63,484 bases of DNA from Gracilinanus agilis (taxonomy: Eukaryota). Positions 50,020 to 61,659 of this stretch are shown piece by piece. The stretch lies in contig NC_058132.1 of NCBI RefSeq assembly GCF_016433145.1, forward strand, positions 479,124,124 through 479,187,607. The letters run 5' to 3'. A program made the translations under genes and the position numbers. How positions within the stretch are numbered: position 1 is the first letter of the stretch; each line of letters opens with the position of its first letter. The notes beneath the pieces are model-generated. The model searched no databases and was not told the origin of the DNA. It worked only from the letters and a program-made list of their open reading frames with translations.

Positions 50020-50740
50020 AACAAACTGCCACTGTCTATCAGTTTGCCATATCACAAGTCGGTGAAATCCCCAGGATAATTGTGCTCTTTCCTCGCTTCT
50101 CCCCCCCTCTTCCCCCTTCTACTCTTTTTGGTCTCTCTGGTCTCCTCTTTTGTCTCTTTTTCCTCTCTTTCTCTTATTCCCTCCTGAGAAGCAGATGTCT
50201 CATGTTAAAAAAAAAATCAAGTTACAGATTCAGAGTGTGCGATTCACGATGTTTGCTCCAGTTTATTAATGTTAACCAAATAAAAACGACATTAGTGAAA
50301 AAAGATCTACATGATACCTCGGAACTCCCAAGATTAGGCCAGATGGTCACTTCTAACCGATGTAATCTAGTAAACTGTTGAAAGGCAGCCTATTGATTGG
50401 ATTTCTGACTTTAAATGCAGGCCCCATATCTACACATGTCCACACTGATATCAGTTGCTTGAAATCCAATACAGAAGTGTAGATTGGGAGATGATGTTAG
50501 TTGCTGCCTATTAAAGCTGTCAATTCCATCTGTTGTCTAATACTTTAAGATGCCGGCTGTAGTTTTTAATAGAACGGTATTAGATTAAGAGGCCATATAT
50601 TAAGGCTTTTATTGGTTAGGAAGTGCGGGTAAATCTGTAATTAAATGACACAATGGATCAGGAGCTGTGCTGGCTGGATTTGGACCAAAATTCACAACTA
50701 GCAAATTGCCAAAGATCTGAAAGGCATCCAGAATGGCCTG
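50020..50740. promoter_or_regulatory. Candidate conserved non-coding element
   Basis: Repeat-free, CpG-retaining, several TAAT/ATTA and ATTGG cores; no ORF signature. Confidence 0.35.
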
Positions 50741-52439
50741 GGGACAATTTATGCTTTTATTTATTTATTTAGGTTTATTTTCTCTTTATTAAGAGAAAAT
50801 TAAAGAAGAAAAATTATTGTCTATAAAGAATCCAAATCACCATTGCCTGTCTTTCCAGCACCCACCATGAGGATAGTTTTATAGTGCTATTATTATCCCA
50901 ATATCCCCAAGCTCATCTCTTTGTAGTCCTCGCCTCCCTCCCTGACACATCCACCTAAGGGACATGATGTGAAAACTGTCCCAGAAGTGCTACATAAAGA
51001 AAACTGGTGCTAATCCCATCAAAGCTGCAGCTCTGAGTCTGTTATAAACTCTGAACTACTCCTCTCTTTTCTTCTCTTTAATAGAGAGGCTAAAGTGAAT
51101 GGCCCACCACCCAAGAGGACCCAAAGATATGGGCATCTGTGAGTTAGCCTGCTATCAAGACAAAAAAAATTTAAATAGCTTTGGGATGGGATAGCACTCT
51201 TGAAGCAACTCAAAAAGTCAAATAATAATAGAAAGAGTTTAATAGTATTGTCCTTTCACATTTACAAATAATTTTTCATATGTTATAGAATTTGGTCCCC
51301 ATGATGGCCCTTTGAGGTAGGCTTTCCAGGTATCATAATTACCATTTTAAAGCTGTAGAAAAGAGTTTCAGAAAAGATAAGTGACTTACCCAACATTACA
51401 TAGCTTGTAAGTCACAGACCTGGGACTCAAACTCACGTTTTTTTAACTTCAAAAATCTGGTGGTACTTTTACATGAGAAAGAGGCTAGCTGTTAAAATCC
51501 ACTAAGCTCTCCACACTTAAAATAATAAAGAGAAATCAACATTCTCAAAGGGGAAGAAAAGCAATATTGGGACCAAAGCACTAGTACAAAGGAATGGAAG
51601 ATAGCAAAATAACTATAGCCCAGGTGTCAGAAGCCAAAATAAACAAGAATAGAAAGAAAATCATTTGGATAATTCTTCCCTTAAGTCATACATTCATATA
51701 TTAGATTTTAAATGTGACACATTTAAAATTAAAAAATTAAAAGTAGAGTCATGTGATTAATATAGCTGACAAGATTGGGAGAGGGGACATACAATTACAT
51801 GACCACTTTTTAAAAGACTCCCAGTCTGAGCAAGCTCTCTTTTCCATCAAGAAGATGTTTGCATAATGCTGGGGAAGCAGAAACCACAAGGCAAAAAAGG
51901 ATCTAGGGAAAGCCAAATTCTGCAGTGCTTTAAAGGAAATTAAAATGAGAAAAAGAAAGAATAGCAATCCTCAACCCTGTCTGTAGAATTTGAAAAGAAG
52001 GTTCGAATACAAGTGAATGCTTATTCTGGATCTGGCTCAATATTTAAAAAAAAAAAGAAGAAGAAAGAAAGAAAAGGAAGAAAAGAAAAATCCCTTCTAA
52101 GCTGTTGATTGTTAATGATGTGATATTAGTCGTTTCTATTTCAAACTGTCATTTCAGAGATAGCTCCAGTGGTTTAGTAGAAAAAGCACTGGATTTGAAG
52201 GGCCCGGCAGAACACAGTAGAAAGAGACCTCAATTTAGAATCTGACCAACCTGACTTAATATCTCTGCTCTGATATGTATGCATTAAGCTGCTTGACCAT
52301 GGGCAAAGCACCTAACTTACATAAACTTAATTTCTTTCATCTGTTAAAAGGGATTGGACTAATTATATTTGCATGACATACTTCATAGTTTTGTTGTAGG
52401 TGAAATGTTTCATTTTTTTAATCTCTAAGCCTCGGTTTG

Positions 52440-52524
52440 GAGAAAGAAAGAAAGGAAGAAGGAAAAAAGAAAGAAAGCGAGGAAGGAAGGAAGGAAGGAA
52501 GGAAGGAAGGAAGGAAGGAAGGAA
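52440..52524. repeat. (GGAA)11 microsatellite (52481-52524) with A/G-rich lead-in
   Basis: Direct reading. Confidence 0.95.
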
Positions 52525-52902
52525 GATTGATTTATTGCTGATAACTTTTGCTAATATCAGGTTTCTCTAGTTTTCTGACTACCAGAGTTATTGCAATTCT
52601 GTTCCTTTCAGGACTAGTAACAAAAAGAAAGGGAGTAACTATGTGCCTCTTGAGTTCACCAATATAACTCATGAGATTTTTTTTTCCTTTCTTCAAAAAT
52701 GAGTTTTTCTTCTACTTAATTCTCTTTCTTAATTATTTGCCTTACAAGGAAAAAAACATTTTATATAAATCTAAGTTGTACTCTGTAGTAACGTGTTTGT
52801 GTGTTTGTTTTTTTTCAATGATGATGTCCCTTACTTAGCACTGATGAAGATGTAGGCCCAGGCTTTTGATACTAAAAGACTTTCTTTAAAAGTATCATTA
52901 TT

Positions 52903-53089
52903 GGGGGCAGCTGGGTAGCTCAGTGGAGTGAGAGTCAGGCCTAGAGACAGGAGGTCCTAGGTTCAAACCCAGCCTCAGCCACTTCCCAGCTGTGTGACCC
53001 TGGGCAAGTCACTTGACCCCCATTGCCCACCCTTACCAATCTTCCACCTATGAGACAATACACCGAAGTACAAGGGTTAAAAAAAAAAA
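52903..53089 (+). mobile_element. Young full-length SINE1_Mdo-type SINE
   Basis: Perfect 15-bp TSD AAAAGTATCATTATT at 52888-52902 and 53086-53100; intact A/B boxes. Confidence 0.97.
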
Positions 53090-53241
53090 GTATCATTATT
53101 CTCCAAGATACCTAAAGACACACTGAAACAGAAGAGGACTCTAAAAATGGAAATATAAAAATATATTTTCCTCAAAGTCCATTCATCTTCCTATTTACTT
53201 GTTTCTTTCTAATGCACCACACACCTTCCATTTTTCCTTTA

Positions 53242-53776
53242 TATACTGGATTACTCCATCACCCTGAGACTTGCTACCCCATCAGCCCAAGGCTATGGAG
53301 CTGCTATTCCATCAGCAGTGGAGCTGCTACTCCACACTTGGCGCTGCTACTCTACACTTCGAACTGCTACTCCACAACTGAAGGTCTAGTATTCTATCAG
53401 TTTCAGAGAGGATTCTCTACTAGCCTCTGGCATAATCCATCAGTTCTAGGGCTACCTAATTAGCTCCTAGACCCATGTCGACAGAGAGGACTGCTCCATG
53501 CACACCTGAGGACATTTCTCACCCTCTGCCCAGCAGTCCAATGGGAGTACTTCCTCCCTCCCCTATCTGGGATTAGGTGTGAGGGCTCACATGCAGAGTG
53601 AGGGTTGCAGTTTGGGTACTCAGTCTCTAAAACGTTTGCCATCACTGCAGACTATTCCACTAGCTATTAGGCTATTATACCACCATAAACCTCTTCTTCT
53701 TCAAATAAAATTGTTTTCTCACTTCTCGAATGAAAAGAATATGAGTCTCCCATTCTTGGGATGAGATCCTGCTACA
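53242..53776 (+). mobile_element. Solo ERV LTR with an internal 20-bp tandem repeat
   Basis: AATAAA at 53704-53709, ends GCTACA; about 53520-53625 is homologous in reverse to about 59440-59560. Confidence 0.75.
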
Positions 53777-54299
53777 AATTTGAGTGTGTTTCTCCTACAA
53801 CAAATGGGTTCATTTCTGAGGGAACCTGGACTCCAAAAAGAAGGGTTAGGATCTTTCGCTTGATTGCCTGCCTCTGACTCTCAAAATCCATGCCTCAGAA
53901 CCCTAAGAAAAGTTACGTTAGATTTAGGCTTATACCAAGGTTCTCTCTAAAAAGGGAAATTGCAAAGTTCTTGATATGAAATGTGATTCAGGTATAAGAC
54001 AGTTATTTTTTTCATCTAAACAAAAGAAATGCTCAACACAAAAGACCCACAAATATGCACTGACAAACAAAACTTCCAACAATCAGCAGCAGCATAATTA
54101 CCATAATTATTGTTATACTCTCCTGAGCATAAAACATCCTCTGGGACTGAGGAATAGACATTTTACATAAATCTTTTGGCAAGTTTGGCTAGGTGTGTTC
54201 ATCTTCCTGTAAGAGCTTATCCTGTTGAAGGAACATTAGAATAACTTCACTACTTTGAATTAGAATACCTATATTGTGTGCCCTCTTTGTTGTTTTTAG

Positions 54300-54710
54300 A
54301 ACTAAATGATAAAACTTGCCTTCATTCCTGTTTCACACATGTGACATTCCATCTCCAACTTCGAGCATTTTTAGTAACTATCCCATGGCCAGAACTTTCT
54401 TACTCCTGCCTGACATCTGCCTCCCGACTCCTCTGACTTCCTTCAAAATTCCGCTAAAGTAATCCCAAATTTTTTCAGGAAACCCTTTGCTGGTTTTTCC
54501 TAAATCTTCATACCTTCCTTCTAATGTAAGCTCTAATTTATTCTGTCTATATCTTATTTGTGCATAGTAGTTTAAATGTTTTGTTTCCCTTATTAAATAT
54601 AAAATTGTGAAATTCTTGAAAATATATACTGCTTTTTGTCTTTTGTGTGTGTGTGTCCCTAGTATTTAGCATAGGTACTGATATATGTAGGAGGTATTTA
54701 ATAAATGCAT
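54300..54710 (+). mobile_element. L2 3' end
   Basis: CTTCCTTCAAAATTCCGCTAAA...TATTAAATATAAAATTGTGAAATTCTTGA...TAGCATAGGTACTG...TATTTAATAAATGC. Confidence 0.65.
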
Positions 54711-55534
54711 TCTTGAGGAGAGGGGAGGGATGAGAGGTAAGAGATAAAAAGAATGAGACATAAATTTTTGGACATAGCTAATGTGAGAATTTGTTTCTTC
54801 TGGATAAGCAAATTTCTTATAATTTATTATATATTCATAATAAATCATAGGCATCATTATGCACATATTGTTTTATGTATATATACACATATATAATAAA
54901 AATAAATAACTAAAAAGTAAATGTTTGTTGACTTGACTTGGTTCCTGGCTCCTCTCTTAGATCCTCAGGGAAGAGCAAAAAATATTGTTGAAAGAGGGCT
55001 TAATGGCAGGCACATGGACATATTCTGGACCTGCTTTATCTGTTAGATGGTTCACCCTTGGACACTTAAGCAGGACATAGTTTAACATTCATATGCTCAA
55101 AGTGACAAGTTTCAGGGGATAGGGAGAGGGAGGGGTTTCCACAGTCATTCCTCACCCTCCAAAAGAGTACTTTAAGGTCCTGTTATATTTGTCAGGCAGA
55201 ATGAGAGAATGAGAGAGACTGGTAAAGAGACAAAGGGACACAGACTATCAGACAGAGACAGAACGAGACAGAGACAGAGACAGAAAGATCAGATTTAGAA
55301 TTAGGGGTTTTTGTTTGTTAGTTTGTTATTAAGAGCTGGGGGCTCTTGCTCGGTGACCATTAAAGAAATGGTATGTTATTACAAACATGACTTTACCGTC
55401 TCAAAGCACCAAGCCCTTTCACCTAGAAATTGTGCCTAGAAATTGCCAGATTAACTCTCACTCATGCTTCATGAAATGCAATTACTCCAGTTGTAAAATT
55501 AGATGAATTTGAAATTGGCAAAATGGTAGAACTT

Positions 55535-55790
55535 TAAGGGTAGTCATAGTCAGCTAGTTGGTGTAGTGGACAGAGTTCTGAAACTGAAAGCCGGAAGATC
55601 TGAATTTAAATCCAGTCTCAGACATCTTACCCTTAGCAAGGTATTTAATTTCACTCTCAGTTTCCTGTTCTCCAAAGTGGGAATAACTATAGCACCTATT
55701 TTCCAAGATTTCTACGAGGACAAAATTAGATATTTGTAAAGGACTTTACAAATCTTCAACCACTATATTAATGCTAACCATCATCATCAT
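55535..55790 (+). mobile_element. MIR SINE ending in (CAT)n
   Basis: GGTGTAGTGGACAGAG head; CTCAGTTTCCTG core. Confidence 0.75.
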
Positions 55791-55809
55791 CATCATCATT
55801 ATTATTCAT

Positions 55810-55985
55810 GACTTTGGTTTAACTTGAAAAAGTGTCTCCAGTGGAGTACCCCAGGGATCTGTGTTTGGACCTGAAGCTTGTTTGATACTTTTGTCATTAA
55901 TTCAGATAAAGGACTGCTCATCAAATTTGTGAAGGGCACAGAGATGAAGAAGTTAACTAAAACACTGGATGACAGAATTATTTTA
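55810..55985 (+). mobile_element. CR1/L3 RT fragment
   Basis: AGTGGAGTACCCCAGGGATCTGTGTTTGGACCT = SGVPQGSVFGP, then LIKF-like motif. Confidence 0.8.
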
Positions 55986-56029
55986 AAGTCTTATAGAATA
56001 TCTCATCCCTTCAAATAAAAGGAACAGTC

Positions 56030-56560
56030 TTTGCTTATCAAGGAATGTGCAACCTACTATATCTCAGACATAGTTTTAAGTGTTTGACTTTCAAAGGAAG
56101 GTAAAAAGTCCCTGCTCTCAAGGAGCTCACAATCTAGTTTAGGAGAAAATACAAAAACAGCTATTTACAAACAAGCTATATATAAGATAAATTTGAAATA
56201 ATTGGTAGGGGGATGTCACTAACATTAAGAGAATCAGAAAAGACTTCCTGAATAAGTTGACATTATAAGTGCGACCAGAAGAAAGCTGGGAAGAAAAGAG
56301 GTGAAGATGAGGAAACAAAGAATGCCACACATGGAAGACAGCGAGTGAAAATGCCCAGAATAGAGAAATAAGCTATCTTGATCAAGGAACAGAAAGGAAG
56401 TCCTTGTCAATGGGCCAAAGATTATGTGTATGAGGGAGAGGAGAAGGGATATAAAATGTAAAAAGTCAGGAAAGATGAGAGGAAGGGCACGTTATAAGAC
56501 AGAATGTGACAAAGGCAAAAAGTAAGATGCAGGTAGAATGCTACAAGAGAAATGGAGAAG
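56030..56560 (-). mobile_element. L2 3' region, antisense
   Basis: AGTCCCTGCTCTCAAGGAGCTCACAATCTAG and following purine-rich body. Confidence 0.7.
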
Positions 56561-59339
56561 ACCTTGATACAATGGAAAGAATGCAGGATTTTGGTATCAA
56601 AGGCCCTGGGTTCAAGTATTGACTCTGCCACTTCCTATCTTAGCCAATTCATTTAACCCCTCTGGGCCAGAGAGAAGAGAATAAGAATGGAAAGATCCCT
56701 CTACTGTCAATCCTCTACATATTTGGGACTCGAATCAGATTGAAAATGATTAAGGAAATCAAAGGATTTGAGATGGTGTGAGTTATTTTTTCTTCCAAAC
56801 CTTCTTGACTATCTCTTGAGAAACTGAAATTGGAACTAAAAGATGTTTTCTTGATCAGGAGCTAATGCCCACTTCTACACCAAAATCAGACACCTTGGCT
56901 TCCTGAAATGCATCCATATCTCCCCAGATCAACAACAAACATTGCAACTTTCTGACTCTCCTCTTTGCAACAGGTTTGAGGGGGAATGTTCCACAATTTG
57001 GGATATGATTGTCCTCCACATTCCCATCATCACCCCAATAGTAGCCAGCAAAGACCTTGCATTTATCAGCCCCTACTGAGACAGCAGTCCAGCTGTGATC
57101 TATTTTATTCATGGACCCGTTAGCTTTCCTTGGCTGAGACATCATTTGTGAATCACTTAGTACAATTCTACCATGCTTATATCATTGTTATAACCACAAG
57201 TGTCACCCATTCAACAGCAAAAACAATGTGGAAAAAAAGATTGCAGCTCATTATCATTCATTACACTCGTCTGGAGAGATTAGAAGTCTAATGGCAGCTG
57301 AGAGAAATTATACTTCATGCTGTGGTAAGAACCAGGAGGTTCTAATCATGGCAAGGCCACTGCCTTACTACTTGACATAGACCTTGTCACTTGACCATTT
57401 TTTGACAGGAATTACTGAACCCCAAATAGTGACATACAGAAATGTAGATGCTATATTAAAACAGATGTGAATTATGAAAAAATTACCAAAGAACTTTAGA
57501 ACAAAGATTTATTAATAGCATGATATGCTTTCTAACACTGACTGAAAAAGAGGGCAATTGACAATAAGACTTGACATTTCTGGCTGCATTTTTTTTTACT
57601 GTCGGGTCTCACCTTCAGCTTGTCTCCTACTTCTCTACATCCACTTCCAAAATAAATAATCTGAAAGTTGTCGTAAAAAAATGCTAAATATGAATATAAC
57701 TCAATAGATAATGAAAGCATTCACATATACTCCTGAAAAAAAATCTGATCAAAACAATGAAAAAATCCTTTTGAATCTAAAAAGGTAAAAATGAAGTTAC
57801 AATCATGCTACTCTTCATGTACTCAATTCATCAAGTAGTTATCAAAAGACTAGACCCTGACTTCAGGGAGCTTATAATCTACCAAGAAGACATAACATAT
57901 ACATAGAAAATTTGATGTATGTAATGTAAGATAGATCGGAGTGAGATAGAAGCACAAGAGGGATAGAATTGACCACTGATATGAATGAAGAAACTGTGAG
58001 TGTTCATATCTTAATACAACTTACAAACCTTAATTATAGAATTGTAAAAGCTTAGAAATTCTCTTGTCTCACCTTAATCTGTTTTATTTTTAAACTTATA
58101 ATTCTCCTTTTAGAAATGGAGATAATACCAATTATATAAAAAAAAGGACAGATGGGAAAGTATTTACACACCTAGAACAAAAACCAAGATATTCTAATTT
58201 CTAATCTAGTATCTTCCTTATCTAATATGCTTACATTCTAAATTATTTTAATTAATTAATTAAACTCAGGATTACTTTCTTGAGAAAATGTAAGCTTAGG
58301 GCAAAAGGACCCTATGACTAAATTCCATAAAGTTATTCCCAAGTAAAATTCATAAAGATTTAGTTCTGTGAAGTCCCATCACTTCTAAGGTTTGCCTCTC
58401 TTCTTTTTGCCTCTATTTTCAGTCCAATAATTAGTCAGAAAGTACTAATGTAATTTACTTATCTTCAAATAGGATAAAAACCAATAGCAACTGGAAGGGA
58501 TCCAGATTCATCAAAGGAAAAATTTTTTAAATTTTATTTTAATGATTCGACAGCATTTTTGTGTATTAAAATTCCAAAGAAAGAAAATAACAATATATTT
58601 GCCGAACTTTTTTAATTATAGAAAAGTGCTTCATAAATATTGAAATGTGTTCTTAGTTATCAGTTTGTGTCCTGGTTTTCTCCATACAGATGCTCTGAAT
58701 TATAATTATTTAGTAATTTAACTATTTTTAAACTTTCTTTTTCTTAGTCTTTTACTTAGTAAAAATAACAGAACTGAATATAAAGGAACCTAGGAACATG
58801 AATATGATGTAAAGTGAAAAACAGAATAGAGTCTTAGCAAAATTGTATGCAATGTTTATGCAATTAAGTAAAAAGGAAAATGTATGTGTTCACAAATATA
58901 AATATGATGAATAGATAATAGAATATTATCCTCATTAAGTAACTAACATGCTGTAATGGATATATTGTATGCAGAAATTTATTTTCAAGCATAGATATAG
59001 AAGAATATGTGTTGGGTAATGTCAGAGGTCCTTACAGCCCAATATCTCCTCCAAAATTGATACATACTTTTCTCCTTTGGAAACTTTTCTTCTGTATGCT
59101 GCATAAGAGCCAACAATATTGACTCAGTTCTCAAATAAAGTGAATGAAAACCTCTCTAACTTTGGAATCTTTTCTACCAAGGAGCTATTTCTTACTTGTC
59201 TAGAGAGTAGTAAAGCATATCTCAGTTTACTAATGTTAAGAAGTAGATTGAAATATTCAAATTGAGGAAGTTTCTTAGGACACATCAATCTCTACTCCTC
59301 CAAGTGAACTGAAATCTTAAACAGCTCAATTCTAGTTGT

Positions 59340-59909
59340 GAACTGTCACAGAGTTGTCCATAAGAAATGATAGCTCAAAACTTTTCCTCTAACATGCCAT
59401 CATTATTTATTTCCTAATGCAATGATAGTGAGCCTTTTAAAGATTGAGTGCTCAAAATACAACCCTCATTATGAATGTGAGCCCCCACCTTGCCCCACGC
59501 AGGGGAGAGAGGAAGTACTCCCAAAGGGTTGCTCAGTAGAGGGGCAAGTGATGAGAGAACTGTCCTCAGGCACTGGAAGAGTGGGAGGGGAACAGGCCCC
59601 TCCCACAGGTGTGCCATAGGTTCTCCAACATATCCCTAAAGCATGGTTATCAATCTCCTTCAAAATTAGGCTGACCTGAGCCTAATTCACAAACATGAAG
59701 TAGAGCCAAAAGTCAAGCAAAGAAGACTGGAGTGAAAAGAAAACTTATACCACAAGATAGATATCTATCCACTCCCTTCAAGCTCAGCCCAATATTTTTT
59801 GTCCCGAAATCTTTTAAATGGATTTGGACTATTTTATAGAGACTTAGACCTAAACAAAACAGGGGATTCTCTGTACTCTGCCAATGTCTTAGGTTCAAGT
59901 GAAACACCA
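59340..59909 (-). mobile_element. Solo LTR related to 53242-53776, opposite orientation
   Basis: 59440-59560 aligns by eye to the reverse complement of 53520-53625 (AACCCTCA..TGTGAGCCC..AGGGGAG..GGAAGTACTCCCA); TTTATT near 59406; ends ACACCA. Confidence 0.65.
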
Positions 59910-59911
59910 TA

Positions 59912-60790
59912 GGGAGCTAGATGGCAGAGTGGATAGAGTGCCAGTTTAACATCAGGAAGACCTAAAGTCAAATCCAACCTCAGACACTTGCTATTTGAAT
60001 GACCCAGTGCAAGTCATTTAACCTTCTCACTTTCCTTATCTACATAAAGAGGATTAAAATAAAATCTACCTTCATATGACCTATCTTTTGGGAAATGACT
60101 GAACAAGCTGTGGTATATCATTGTGATGGAATATTATTGAACTATAAGAAATGATGAGCAGCATGGTTTCAGAAAAATCTGGGAAGACTTATATGAACTG
60201 ATGCAAAGTGAAGTGAGTAAAAGAAGAACATTGTACACAGTAACAACAATATTATATGATGATCAACTGTGAATGACAACTATTTTCAGCAATATAATGA
60301 TCCAAGATAGTTCTAAAGAAATTGTGGTGAAAAATGTTATGCACCTCCAGAGAAATAATGATGGAATCTGAATACAGATTGTAGTGCAAAAGGGTGCATA
60401 TTAACCCTGCAAAGCCTTACTGCAGAATTAATATGTACCCTTTTGCATTACAAGATTGAAGCACACTTTAAATTTTTTCATTTTTCTTTTTTTCCTTTGT
60501 TTTCTTCTATAACATGGCTAGTACATGAATATATTTTGCATGACATCATATAGATAATCCAGATAAAATTGCTTGCCTTCTCAAGAAGGGGGGAAGGGAG
60601 AAAATTTGGAACTTAAATTTTTAAAAACTCTTAAAAATGTACATGTAATTGAGAAAATGAGAGACAAAAATTAAGATGAAATGGCATAATAATTTCAAAG
60701 TGCTTTGCAAAATCTTTGGCATGTAGCAAATGCTATATAACTGTAAGTTCTTGTTACTTATCATCCTCATCATCACTGGCTTTAGCACAA
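59912..60790 (+). mobile_element. MIR split by an L1 3' fragment (about 60085-60660)
   Basis: MIR head and core to about 60080, resuming at about 60665; L1 motifs GAATATTATTG...AACTGATGCAAAGTGAAGTGAG in between. Confidence 0.8.
60380..60452. mobile_element. 73-bp palindromic (MITE-like) insertion inside L1
   Basis: 25-bp arms (60380-60404, 60428-60452) match at 23/25; TGTA...TACA ends; 4-bp TSD AGAT at 60376-60379 and 60453-60456. Confidence 0.8.
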
Positions 60791-60942
60791 TTACCACATT
60801 ATATAGAATTATTAACCTACTCTTCTATAAGCTTCTTTTGAACAGAGATTGTGTCTATATAAACTTAGGAAGCTTTGCAACACCTAAACACACTACTCTG
60901 CTCACAGGAGAAGGTTAATAAGTGTTTATTTATTGATTAAAG

Positions 60943-61230
60943 AACCATAGACTTACAGAATTAGAAAGGAAACTCTGAGACCATCTAATTCAATCTTTTA
61001 TCTGAAGCATGAATGAGCCATCTCTACAATAATGCAGGAGAGTGGTCATTTAATCTCTATTTAAAGAGCTTAATTCCTACAGAGACGATGTATTCAATGA
61101 CTGGACTGCTCTGATTATTAGGAAGCTTTTCAATAGATTGTGCTAATACTTAGCCTTCCTGTGACTTCCACCTATCCATCTTCATTCTGCTCTCTGGGAC
61201 TAAGCAGAATTAGTCTAGCCCCTCTTTCAA
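60943..61230 (-). mobile_element. L3/CR1 3' fragment
   Basis: Same antisense 3' pattern as 11895-12290 and 28630-28900 (GGACTGCTCTGATTATTAGGAAG...TTCTGCTCTCTGGGACTAAGCAGAA). Confidence 0.7.
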
Positions 61231-61659
61231 TATTAAATATTTTCAGCATTTCCACTTATAATCTTATATGCTAAAGGAAAGCAAGAGATAGTCCATTCTT
61301 ATGCATTTCTCAGTATTTTCAAGAGTTAATTGTTTCATCATACTGTTTCATGTAAGCATGTGATTCATTAGATGCCTCTGTTAGAGATGGAAGTTGGGAG
61401 GGTGACCTGTCATTAGATTATAGATTTAGAGCTAGAAGGGAACTACGAGGCAACCAATCATACCCCTGTTATTTTACAGATAAGGAAACTGGGGATCATA
61501 AATATAAAGTAGCTTACCCAAATATTGACAGGTGATAAGTAGTAGAATTAAGATTCTAAATCAGGTTATTAAACACAAAATCTAGTATTCTATTACACTA
61601 TCCTGACTACTTATCAAGATATTTTATTGAGTCATAGGGAGATTTAATAACTAATTGGT

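Noticed and set aside
53297-53380. Regularly spaced short repeats as a CRISPR-like array
   Set aside because: Head-to-tail 20-bp tandem with no unique spacers, inside an LTR in a mammalian genome.
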